From: Candidatus Micrarchaeota archaeon
Lineage (GTDB): Archaea > Micrarchaeota > Micrarchaeia > Anstonellales > Bilamarchaeaceae
Length of the DNA stretch: 64,000 bases
Reading direction: 5' to 3'
NCBI GenBank assembly: GCA_038046765.1
Contig: JBBSVN010000002.1
Location: 57,929-121,928, forward strand
Made by a program: the position numbers and the translations under genes. This document shows, one piece after another, positions 28,932 through 38,028 of the stretch (its first letter is position 1; every line of letters starts with the position of its first letter). The notes under the pieces were generated by a model that saw only the letters and a list, made by a program, of their open reading frames with translations, made no database searches and was not told the DNA's origin.

Positions 28932-29681
28932 TCACTGTATCTGGAATTTCTCTTTATTTAGGACAAAAATAAATACTTCTCCAAATATTTCATCCTGTTT
29001 TATATCTACGTACTCCTTTTGCGTAAGGTGCAGTATTGAAACTAGCGTATAAATCATATCTCTAGCTCCCGCATTTTTAGATATTTGCGAAAAAGTAGTA
29101 ATCCCCTCGCTATCTATGTTATCCTTTATTTTAATCAATATCTCGTTCATTTTTCGCTCGATATCCTTATCATCAAGTTTCATATTAATTATTGTATCAA
29201 TTCCTCCCCGTTGCTTTGGAATTCTTACAATATTTTCATATTTTATTATCTTGTCCATTTCTTCCATTAATTGTGCAGCCGTTATCTGCATTTTTGGTGG
29301 AATACGCGATGAAAAAGTCAGTTCGGGCATATCCTCTACAAAAATCTGCGGTGGCTCATCCGAATAAAATTGTACACTTTCTTCCTGTATCTTGAGGTAA
29401 TCACTTTTATAACGAAGTAAAATCGATGCTGCGAGGATTACGTTTGCAGGAACCATTAGTTCAAGTGTTTTTAATTCTTTTATCTTTTTTAAGTATTCTT
29501 GGCAAAGTTTGACAATATTCACATCCCAAGGGTCTATTTTTTTCTTATCAATTAGTTCCAATAATATTTGTTTCCATGTCGGCTTACTAACCATGTTTTC
29601 GACATCAAAATCTTTTGGATGTGAATTTTGTGCAGGTGCGTTAATTGTTATTGTTGCCTGTGGAACTGGATTTTCTGCCAT
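28932..29681 (-). CDS. scpA: Segregation and condensation protein A (kleisin)
   Basis: IDPWDVNIVKL…ILAASILLRYKS…SILHL…QDEIFGEV. Confidence 0.93.
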   Translation of the reverse strand: MAENPVPQATITINAPAQNSHPKDFDVENMVSKPTWKQILLELIDKKKIDPWDVNIVKLCQEYLKKIKELKTLELMVPANVILAASILLRYKSDYLKIQEESVQFYSDEPPQIFVEDMPELTFSSRIPPKMQITAAQLMEEMDKIIKYENIVRIPKQRGGIDTIINMKLDDKDIERKMNEILIKIKDNIDSEGITTFSQISKNAGARDMIYTLVSILHLTQKEYVDIKQDEIFGEVFIFVLNKEKFQIQ

Positions 29682-29767
29682 AGTGTTTTATTAACTATGT
29701 TGCTTTTATATATTTGTTTATTGTAACGATTATTTGAATCATAATCTTAAGAAAAAAAGGTGATAAA

Positions 29768-30865
29768 ATGCAAAGACATGACGCGTTAGTACTAAATTCC
29801 AGTGAACCTTTGTCAAAGGCAATGCATCACATTTTGGAATCTGGGTTGGCAGTAGTTGTCGTAAAAGAAGGCGATTATCTTGGTATAATCGATGATCGAA
29901 ATATCAGTTTTGGTATTAGCGATGCTAGTAAAATAAAATGTGAAACAGCTACGACCCAAGCACCGTGCCTATTAGAAACTTCTTCAGTTGAAGATAAATT
30001 AAATGCATTTTTAAGCGGACACTTTAAATCACTACCAGTTAAGGAAGCAGATACTAAATTATTCAAAATAATTACACGGGTTGATTTGTTAAAAGAAATT
30101 CTTGAAAATAAATTATTTCCAAAAACATCTGTAATGACGCTGGCAAATAAACCCGTTTTTACTGTTGATGAAAATGATACTGTTGCACATGCAAGAGCCC
30201 TTTTAAAGGACAATAATACGCACAAGCTTGTTGTAACTAAAAATGGAAAACCGATTGGAGTCGTTTCAACATTCGATTTACTTTCGACCATCGCTCCCCC
30301 AAAAGGGAAAAAAGATAATATCCTAAGCCAAAAAGATAAACCAGATAGCCCAGCTAAAGTAAGCAGCTTCTTAAAAGACTGGACTTTTTCCGTAGAAGAA
30401 AATACTTCTGTAGAAGATGTCATTAAAAAAATGGTTGAAAAAAATGTCGCTGCAATTTTGGTTACAACAAACGGTAAACCATCTGGAGTATTTTCAGCAT
30501 TCGATCTGTTCAATTTAATATCTCAATCAAATAAGCCAGCTGGAGTCCAAATTACCATTAGCGGTCTTCACGAAGAAGCAGGGATGGATTATCAAGAAAC
30601 TAAAGAAATTGTCTCCAAGGTATTAGATAAATTTTCCAAGTCTCTTGAAATTCGTGATGTTAATATACATTTTAAACATAGTAAAAGCATGTTTGAAGCT
30701 CACCTTAGTGCGCAAGTAAAAGGCGAGCGGTTAAACTGTTCAACACAAAAACACGACTTTAAAACTGCTCTTGATACCGTTGCAGCAGAATTATATACTT
30801 TACTGTCTAAGAAGAAGAGTATTCTGACGTACAACAAAGGAAAGGGTCGCGAAAAAGAGGAATAA
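29768..30865 (+). CDS. Tandem CBS-domain protein with C-terminal HPF/RaiA-like domain (candidate ribosome hibernation factor)
   Basis: Four CBS motifs followed by VQITISG…helix…VNIHFK…FEAHLSAQV…LNCST…DFKTALDTVAAELYTLL. Confidence 0.75.
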   Translation: MQRHDALVLNSSEPLSKAMHHILESGLAVVVVKEGDYLGIIDDRNISFGISDASKIKCETATTQAPCLLETSSVEDKLNAFLSGHFKSLPVKEADTKLFKIITRVDLLKEILENKLFPKTSVMTLANKPVFTVDENDTVAHARALLKDNNTHKLVVTKNGKPIGVVSTFDLLSTIAPPKGKKDNILSQKDKPDSPAKVSSFLKDWTFSVEENTSVEDVIKKMVEKNVAAILVTTNGKPSGVFSAFDLFNLISQSNKPAGVQITISGLHEEAGMDYQETKEIVSKVLDKFSKSLEIRDVNIHFKHSKSMFEAHLSAQVKGERLNCSTQKHDFKTALDTVAAELYTLLSKKKSILTYNKGKGREKEE

Positions 30866-30867
30866 TT

Positions 30868-31302
30868 ATGATTTGGTCAAAAAAAGGACAGGTAAGTATC
30901 GAACTCTTAGTTATAGTAGCTACTGTCCTACTTATTTTTGTCCCTTTACTAGTTAGTGTTTATTTTAAGGCTAATGAAGCTAATGCTTCTATTGAGTCTT
31001 ATAAAGCGCAATTAGGAGTATCCCGAATTGCGAATCTAGTTAATTCGATTGGGAATCTTGGGGACGGTTCATTTATAATTGCGCAAGTGTACGTTCCAAA
31101 AAACACCAAGCAGATTAAATTCTTAAGTTCGGGTAATGGTGGAGAAGTAGTTTTTGTTTTGGATTCGGGCGGTCAAAGTATTGATTATGCTGAAAGCGTA
31201 AAATATCCGGTTATCGGAAGCACGATTAATACGCCTTATGAGGGGGTTATTTTACTTAATATTACTTCGGTTAATAATCAGGTTAGTGTTAGGAAGATAT
31301 AA
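30868..31302 (+). CDS. Class III signal peptide protein (archaeal type IV pilin-like)
   Basis: KKG^QVSIE followed by a hydrophobic helix. Confidence 0.88.
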   Translation: MIWSKKGQVSIELLVIVATVLLIFVPLLVSVYFKANEANASIESYKAQLGVSRIANLVNSIGNLGDGSFIIAQVYVPKNTKQIKFLSSGNGGEVVFVLDSGGQSIDYAESVKYPVIGSTINTPYEGVILLNITSVNNQVSVRKI

Positions 31303-31305
31303 AAT

Positions 31306-31340
31306 TAGCTTGTAGCTAGTGGCAAGTAGCAGGTGGCATA
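31306..31340. repeat. Degenerate heptamer array (5 units)
   Basis: tagcttg tagctag tggcaag tagcagg tggcata fills the gap between convergent genes. Confidence 0.8.
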
Positions 31341-31342
31341 CT

Positions 31343-34024
31343 TTAATTTTCGTAATCTGTTGCGTATCCGCTGCTAAATATTCTCTTACTATTGAAGTAC
31401 AACACATCATTAATTTTTCCATTTTCACTTAATACAAACATTTTAATTGCGGTCGGTTCCTTTGGGGCAAAAACCATTGCGTTTAATGCTCGATAGAACA
31501 CTGCACCGATTCCATTCATTTTCTTTCCTGTACTACAAGAATCTAGAACAATTGTTGGTTTTTTCTTTTTTGTGAAGTACTTTGATAATCCTTTTAACTC
31601 AGCTTCATCTCCTACGTCTAAAAGTCCAAATTCGGGGTTGCTAGGTGTATTGCCAAGTTGTATATCTTTTTCCGTTCCATGACCACCTACAATTAGCGTA
31701 TCTATTTCACCATAGTTTTTGTAAACAAATGGAAATCTACTATAAAATTCTCCTTCATTATTAGCTTGATATACTAATGCTTTATATCCATTCTTCAGCA
31801 TGTTCATTTTTGATCTAGTATCGTAAAATCCACCATTCCAATCTTTTGGCGAAATCATTGCAATCAAAACTGGTTTGTCTCTGTTTGTACCTATTCCTAT
31901 GTTATACTGCAATTCATCAAGAAACTCCGGGCTAAAACCTACGAATCTTGTCAGACCGTTATACTTGTGAATGTACTCTGTTTTTTCCCTTCCTATCGCT
32001 GCAACAGCATAAGCAAAATTGTATCTGTTTTCATTTGTGTTTGGTACATTTGTTTTTTTCATTATTTCCATGGCAATTTCAAGGTCATATAAACCAATTT
32101 GTTTGTGGACATAAAATCTTGCGACATTTTTATTTGGGAATGGGCTTAATAGTTTTTCAAATTTTGGGTCTGTTTTAATCCTTTGGTTAAAATCATCAAA
32201 GTTGGTTGCATGGCCCTCCAAAATCGCATCAATATAATTCGTTACATAAGTTATGCTATATCTCCTATCAATTCTTCTGGTGCTCATGAGTAATTTTGTT
32301 GTATCATCTATGAAAACTTTACTATTATGCATTTTATCGTTATTTTTTTGAATTAAATCATTAAAAGAATGGTAAACATACTCCTGCCAGGTAGAATGGT
32401 TTTTTGTCAAAATTGCTAGCTCCGAAGCATAAACTTCCAAAAAAGATTTAATTTCATCAACGGATGTATTTTGTGCATTGTAAGATATTAGCAATTCTAC
32501 AGTGTGATTAAGTTCTGAGTTTATTCTTCTTACTCCTAGATTATGTTTCATTATAACTGTAAATAAGTCAACCATCTCTGGTTTGAAAGTACCTAGCTTG
32601 ATCGTGTTATCAATAACCCCAAAGTCAAAATATACTCCTCCTTTACTTTGGTTTAATTTTATTATATTTGCGATAACTGCAATTAAATCCTCTTCCTGTT
32701 TTTTATTGGCCCCCTTATTTGCGAGGCTCCAAACTATTTCTCTTGCTCTTTTCATGTGTTTTTGATCTATTTTGCTAAAATCTATTGCTAAAAATTGTTG
32801 TTCTACACTTGATTTATTCTGTTCTGTTTTTCCTTTTTCAGCTTTTGCAACTTCCTTCTCTGGTTTTTTAAGATAAATGTTATTAACAAACTCATCAAAG
32901 CCCTGTGCCTTGTTTTTATCCATCGCATCCAGATATTTGTTTACAAATGCCTGTTCATCACGTTTTCCCATCTTACTAGAATATTCGAATAATTTTTTGG
33001 TATTTTCAACTATCCAGTTTTCACTTTTGTTTTGAATCATCTTATTAAAAATGTAGTAAGGATAAAATTCCTTTGTGGTATGTGTTAATCGTGCCATTTG
33101 CTTTGTGTACATCTTGAAAAAATCTAAAAGTTGAGTTGCATTTAAATTTTCATTTTTTATTACTAGTAAATTTATTGTAAACATTAACTGTGAGTTTATG
33201 TCTCTGCTTCCGTTAATCGTTTGCATTGCAATAGAAAATAGTTCACACATCTCTGGTTTGAAATTAACTGAAGAAATCGTCCTTGCGATTGTATTAAGGT
33301 CGTAATCCCTTTGACCTTGGTTCTTATTAATTTTTATTGTATTTGCAATGACTGCAATAAATTTCTGTTGTTCATCAACTGAGACATTTTTGTAAACTAA
33401 ATTTGCTATGATTTCGTACGCATGTTTCCTATAATTCTTTTCAATCCCGCTAAAGTCCAATCTCTTAGTAGATTCTTCTCCAATTATTTCTACTTTTCTT
33501 GCGAATTCTTCTCTTTCTTCAATCTGTGTTCTATAAAAATCAAGTTTATTATTTATTGATTTGTTGTTTGTACTTAACAAATTTGCAGCCATTTTTTGCG
33601 TTTGTTTCTCTGTTGTGTTTCCAATTCCAATATCGCTGAACATCGTTTTTAGTGCTTTTACTAATTCATCCTTTATTTTTTCTAAGGTCTGGTTTCTTCT
33701 TTTTATTGCTAAATCTTTTGATTTTGAGTCTATCTCATCTTTGACAATTTGTGGATCCAATTCAATTTTAATTTCTTTTTTCAAAACCTTTTGTTTGGCT
33801 TCTTCTGCTTCTCCTTCAATATAGCTTACCTCTACCTCAAAATTTATTTTTAATTTTTCAATCGTAGGAGCTTGTTTTTCCGCTATGACTTGCACTTCAA
33901 GCGGTTTTTCTTCTTTCTTACATCCATAAATCGTAGAAAAAGCTAAAGCCGCAGCTAATGCTTTAGTTTGGGCACTTCTTGCAAGTTTTTGCATCATGCC
34001 TAGCTTTAGCTGGCTATCTTTCAT
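31343..34024 (-). CDS. Large exported (lipo)protein with a duplicated helical domain and a C-terminal caspase-like (clan CD) domain
   Basis: Leader ending AAALAFSTIYG-C; internal repeat starting at aa ~189 and ~414; LIVGGHG…IVLDSCSTG dyad. Confidence 0.7.
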   Translation of the reverse strand: MKDSQLKLGMMQKLARSAQTKALAAALAFSTIYGCKKEEKPLEVQVIAEKQAPTIEKLKINFEVEVSYIEGEAEEAKQKVLKKEIKIELDPQIVKDEIDSKSKDLAIKRRNQTLEKIKDELVKALKTMFSDIGIGNTTEKQTQKMAANLLSTNNKSINNKLDFYRTQIEEREEFARKVEIIGEESTKRLDFSGIEKNYRKHAYEIIANLVYKNVSVDEQQKFIAVIANTIKINKNQGQRDYDLNTIARTISSVNFKPEMCELFSIAMQTINGSRDINSQLMFTINLLVIKNENLNATQLLDFFKMYTKQMARLTHTTKEFYPYYIFNKMIQNKSENWIVENTKKLFEYSSKMGKRDEQAFVNKYLDAMDKNKAQGFDEFVNNIYLKKPEKEVAKAEKGKTEQNKSSVEQQFLAIDFSKIDQKHMKRAREIVWSLANKGANKKQEEDLIAVIANIIKLNQSKGGVYFDFGVIDNTIKLGTFKPEMVDLFTVIMKHNLGVRRINSELNHTVELLISYNAQNTSVDEIKSFLEVYASELAILTKNHSTWQEYVYHSFNDLIQKNNDKMHNSKVFIDDTTKLLMSTRRIDRRYSITYVTNYIDAILEGHATNFDDFNQRIKTDPKFEKLLSPFPNKNVARFYVHKQIGLYDLEIAMEIMKKTNVPNTNENRYNFAYAVAAIGREKTEYIHKYNGLTRFVGFSPEFLDELQYNIGIGTNRDKPVLIAMISPKDWNGGFYDTRSKMNMLKNGYKALVYQANNEGEFYSRFPFVYKNYGEIDTLIVGGHGTEKDIQLGNTPSNPEFGLLDVGDEAELKGLSKYFTKKKKPTIVLDSCSTGKKMNGIGAVFYRALNAMVFAPKEPTAIKMFVLSENGKINDVLYFNSKRIFSSGYATDYEN

Positions 34025-34098
34025 AATAAGATTAAGATTAATACACTTTTAAAGGCTTTCTATAACTGTAAAAACAAGAAAAAACTATTAAAAAACAA

Positions 34099-35847
34099 TT
34101 AAATAGGTATAATCGATCTAATAAATAATAAAACAATTGCAACGTTCTTAAGAATTTTCATGTAAAGTTTGTAATGCCATTGATTTCTCTTATTAATTTG
34201 TCCTAGTAAATCCTTAAACGCCTCTTTTTCACCAGGTCCCATTTTGCTTTCAGTTACTTTTTTATGTTCTTTTCCATCTACGATCGTAAGCTCCTCCTGT
34301 TTACCTATCTGCTTTTTAGCTTGTTCATACCAAGGTGGAAGAGACGATTTTCTCTTGTTTATTGCTTTAATAAAATCATTTGTAATTAATGGCCTTTGAA
34401 TTATGTCTTTTTTAGCTTTTTCTTCAGCTTCCTGTGGGTTTAATCCTTTTTTAAGATTTTCTTCGGTTTTTTTCTGAATTGCGAAAAATGCTTCTCTCCA
34501 AGGGTAACCTGCCGCTTCTTCAACAATTGCTTTCATATCCGATGACGAATAACCGGTTGTGGCTAATCCAAGGAACCAGAAAGGAATACCTGGTCCAAGC
34601 GGCCTTTTCTTTGCATGAAGTTTTAATATAGCAATTCTTGATGTGAAATCTGGTTCAGGAAGATAAATCGCCTTACTAAATCGACCGCTTCGTCTTAATG
34701 CTGGGTCAACATCCCACGGTGCGTTTGTAGCTGCAATTGTTAATACATTTTGGTTGTTTGCTTCGACACCGTCTAGTTCGTAAAGCATTTGGTTTACGGC
34801 CATTTTCATGTACTGTTGGCCTTCCTGTGCGTCTCGTCTACCACCAATCGCATCAACTTCATCAAAAAATAATATGCATGGTGTATTCTTTCTAGCCAGT
34901 TCGAATACCTTATGAATATTCTTTTCAGTGTTACCTACATACATATCTAATAAATCGCTTAATTTTGCGTTAATAAATCCTGACTTACATTCTCCTGCAG
35001 CAGCCTTTACAATGAAAGTTTTTCCACAACCTGGTGGTCCGTACATTAATATTCCTCCGCCACCTAATTTACCATATTTTTTAGCCAGGTCTGGGTTAAT
35101 CATTGGATAAACTACTGCCTCTCTAATTTCTTCTTTCATCTTGCTCATACCAGCAACATCATTAAAGCTCATGTTTGGTTTTTGAAGCATTTTTATGTCT
35201 CCAGCACCACCTGATTTTCCGTCCCCACCTTCGCCTCCTTTACCTTCCTGGTCTTTTTTCGCTTTCGCGTTTTCTAAATGGGTCTTTGCCTCAGTAAGGC
35301 CTGGGTTAATTGACAGAGCTTTTTCATAATCTGCAATTGCGTCGCCAATATTTCCAGCGTATTCAAACGCCAGTCCTCTTAAGTGGTATGCTTCTGCAAA
35401 ATCATTTTTAAGCGTAATTACTTTGCTAAAATCTTCTATCGCCTTTTCGTATTCTTCTAAGGATGCGTAACTTAATCCTCGGTTATAAAATGCCTTAAGA
35501 TAATTCGGGTTAAGCGTAATTGCCTTATCGTAATCCTTTATCGCTCCTAGAAAATCCTGCTTTCTATAAAAAGCATCCCCCCGATTATTATATATAATTG
35601 GGTTTTGGGGGTCTAATTCTGCACTCTTTGTATAATCCACAACTGATTTTTCAAAGTTCTTTAATTGGTAATAGCTTAATGCACGGTTAAAATAAGCTTC
35701 AGAGAAAACGGGGTTTAGTAAGATTGCCATGTTGTAATTTTCAATAGCCTTCTCGTAATCCCCCTTTTCGTAATAATCATTACCTAATTGGTAATATGTT
35801 TTTGCATCAACAGTATTAGATTTTTTATACTCAACCATTAGAATCAC
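34099..35847 (-). CDS. TPR-repeat plus classic AAA ATPase (CDC48/Vps4-like domain)
   Basis: Five TPRs; FNDVAG, YGPPGCGKT, MYVG pore loop, FFDEVD, ATNAPWDVDPALRRSGRF. Confidence 0.93.
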   Translation of the reverse strand: MILMVEYKKSNTVDAKTYYQLGNDYYEKGDYEKAIENYNMAILLNPVFSEAYFNRALSYYQLKNFEKSVVDYTKSAELDPQNPIIYNNRGDAFYRKQDFLGAIKDYDKAITLNPNYLKAFYNRGLSYASLEEYEKAIEDFSKVITLKNDFAEAYHLRGLAFEYAGNIGDAIADYEKALSINPGLTEAKTHLENAKAKKDQEGKGGEGGDGKSGGAGDIKMLQKPNMSFNDVAGMSKMKEEIREAVVYPMINPDLAKKYGKLGGGGILMYGPPGCGKTFIVKAAAGECKSGFINAKLSDLLDMYVGNTEKNIHKVFELARKNTPCILFFDEVDAIGGRRDAQEGQQYMKMAVNQMLYELDGVEANNQNVLTIAATNAPWDVDPALRRSGRFSKAIYLPEPDFTSRIAILKLHAKKRPLGPGIPFWFLGLATTGYSSSDMKAIVEEAAGYPWREAFFAIQKKTEENLKKGLNPQEAEEKAKKDIIQRPLITNDFIKAINKRKSSLPPWYEQAKKQIGKQEELTIVDGKEHKKVTESKMGPGEKEAFKDLLGQINKRNQWHYKLYMKILKNVAIVLLFIRSIIPI

Positions 35848-35942
35848 AATAAATTACTAGGTTATCTTTTTTATTATTTTTTCTTCGCACTATCTTTTCT
35901 ACCAGAAAATATTTAAATAACTACTCACGTTTTATCTGATTT

Positions 35943-37175
35943 TTAGTTTTTATTATTTTCTAAAATTTCTTCAATTCGTAGCAACTGATTGTATTTGGCA
36001 GTTCGCTCCCCCCGTGCGGGCGCTCCTGTTTTTATAAATTCACTTTCTATTCCAACTGCAAAATCTGCAATAAAACTATCTTCAGTTTCTCCGCTCCTGT
36101 GGCTTACTGCTATTTTCCAGTTATTTTTTCTGCATAAATCTTTTGCGGCTATCGCTTCGCTAACTGTTCCGATTTGATTTATTTTTAATAATAGTGCGTT
36201 ACACGATTGTAATTTTATTGCTTGTTCTATTCTTTTTGGATTTGTAACTAAAAGGTCATCTCCAACTACCATCGCTTTTTTTTCTACTTCATCAGTAAGC
36301 ATCGCAAACGTGTGAAAGTCTTCCTCTTCAAACGGGTCTTCAATACTTGTAATTGGATATTTTTCAACTAAATCAATGTAAAAATCAAGCATAGCACTTG
36401 AACTCATTTGTCTGCCATCCATTGTATACGACTTTGTTACTCCATCGTGAAATGAAGAAGCTGCTGCATCTAGCGCTATTGTAGTTTCGTTTTTGTATCC
36501 TGATTCTTCTATTGCTTTTATTATTTCTTCAATTGCCTGTTCGCATTTATCTAATTGCGGAGCATACCCTCCCTCATCGCCTACATTCTTTGCACTTGGG
36601 CCGTATTTTTCAACTAATTGTTTTCCTAAAATGTGATAAATTTCACTCGCCATCAGTAATGTCTGCTTGAAATTTTCGCCCTTTGGAATTATCATAAATT
36701 CCTGTATTGCAAGTTTTCCTCCAGCGTGTTTACCGCCATTTAAAATGTTAAACATAGGTTGAGGTAATTTCTTTCCGCCTAAATATTCAAAATAATTCTT
36801 TCCTGCTGCATTAGCTAGTGCTTTTCCAACTGCCATAGATGTTGCAACAAGAGCGTTCGCGCCTAGTTTTGATTTGTTCTCTGTTCCATCAAGCTCAATC
36901 ATTCTTGAATCTGCGTCGCTTTGTTCTTTTACTGCTTTTTTCGTTAAGGGTTTTGCAATTATTTTATTTACATTTTCAACAGCTTGTTCTACTCCTTTAC
37001 CTAGGTATCTTCTACTTATCTTATCGCGCATTTCAATCGCTTCATGCATTCCAGTACTTGCGCCGCTAGGGGCAGCTGCTCTACCGAAGAATTTATCTCC
37101 GATTATATCTACTTCAACTGTTGGATTTCCCCGTGAGTCTAAAATTTCCCTTGCTTTTACGTTTGTGATTTTCAT
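35943..37175 (-). CDS. eno: Enolase
   Basis: REILDSRGNPTVE, GDEGGY, LLKINQIG, SHRSGETED, ERTAKYNQLLRIEE. Confidence 0.98.
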   Translation of the reverse strand: MKITNVKAREILDSRGNPTVEVDIIGDKFFGRAAAPSGASTGMHEAIEMRDKISRRYLGKGVEQAVENVNKIIAKPLTKKAVKEQSDADSRMIELDGTENKSKLGANALVATSMAVGKALANAAGKNYFEYLGGKKLPQPMFNILNGGKHAGGKLAIQEFMIIPKGENFKQTLLMASEIYHILGKQLVEKYGPSAKNVGDEGGYAPQLDKCEQAIEEIIKAIEESGYKNETTIALDAAASSFHDGVTKSYTMDGRQMSSSAMLDFYIDLVEKYPITSIEDPFEEEDFHTFAMLTDEVEKKAMVVGDDLLVTNPKRIEQAIKLQSCNALLLKINQIGTVSEAIAAKDLCRKNNWKIAVSHRSGETEDSFIADFAVGIESEFIKTGAPARGERTAKYNQLLRIEEILENNKN

Positions 37176-37285
37176 GAAGATAACACCTCGAAAATGAGTT
37201 TGTACTAGTTTGTTAGCGATTGGATTAATGTCTTTTGATTTTATATAATTATCATTTGTGTAATATTTCTATTTATTTAATCTAT

Positions 37286-37334
37286 TGTGGCAGTCTTCTG
37301 GCAAAGCATATACCTGCCAGAATGGTTCCGGAAA
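37286..37334. repeat. Direct repeat A, copy 1 (internal hairpin TTCTGGCA…TGCCAGAA)
   Basis: 43/49 identical to 37936-37984. Confidence 0.9.
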
Positions 37335-37383
37335 GAACATATATTTATAATTACACGTATATACAATAAATCTAGGTATATAC

Positions 37384-37590
37384 ATGGAATTCGTTTTCAC
37401 CAAACACGCCCGTCAAAGGATGTACGAAAGAAAGATAACTGTTGAAGAGATTAAATCTACAGTTAATAGAGGTATGAAATGGTTCATGAAAAACGAAGGC
37501 GAAACTGGGAGATGGCACGCTAAATTTGGTGCAGTTGAAATTGTATTTGAACGAGAAGAAGATTATGTTATTATTGTAACTGTGTTTTGA
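37384..37590 (+). CDS. DUF4258-like (RelE/BrnT-fold) toxin
   Basis: FVFTKHARQRMYERKITVEEI…IIVTVF. Confidence 0.85.
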   Translation: MEFVFTKHARQRMYERKITVEEIKSTVNRGMKWFMKNEGETGRWHAKFGAVEIVFEREEDYVIIVTVF

Positions 37591-37591
37591 G

Positions 37592-37930
37592 GTGTTGTAT
37601 ATGAAATGTCCAAATTGCTATTCAAACTTAAAAAAAGGAATTGTAAAAGAGGAGTACTTGGGGCACAGCCTAGGTGAATACGATGGGTTTACCTGTTCCA
37701 ATTGTGGCGAAACGCTATTAACTGAAGCAAGTGTCGTAAAAGCTCAGGAAAAAGTAAAAGAATTAGGTTTATTCGGTTTAGCGCAAAAAACAACTATCGC
37801 TAAAAGCGGGAATTCCTTAATCGTTCGTATAAAAAAGAATGTTGCAGATTATCTTGGTCTTTTTGAAGGGGAAGAAGTTTTAGTTCATCCGGAGGGCAAG
37901 AAAAAGATTGTCATTGAAGTTGCAAACTAA
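37592..37930 (+). CDS. YgiT/MqsA Zn finger plus AbrB-like antitoxin
   Basis: CPNC…CSNCGETLL…LGLFGL…KSGNSLIVRI. Start may be ATG 37601. Confidence 0.85.
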   Translation: MLYMKCPNCYSNLKKGIVKEEYLGHSLGEYDGFTCSNCGETLLTEASVVKAQEKVKELGLFGLAQKTTIAKSGNSLIVRIKKNVADYLGLFEGEEVLVHPEGKKKIVIEVAN

Positions 37931-37935
37931 TTCTA

Positions 37936-37984
37936 TGTGGCAGTCTTCTGGCAGAGCATATCATTGCCAGAAAGGTTCCTGAAA
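37936..37984. repeat. Direct repeat A, copy 2
   Basis: Matches 37286-37334; the pair brackets the toxin-antitoxin genes. Confidence 0.9.
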
Positions 37985-38028
37985 AGAAAACAAGAAGGTT
38001 TTAATAAGCACGTTGAGGAAATAAACGT

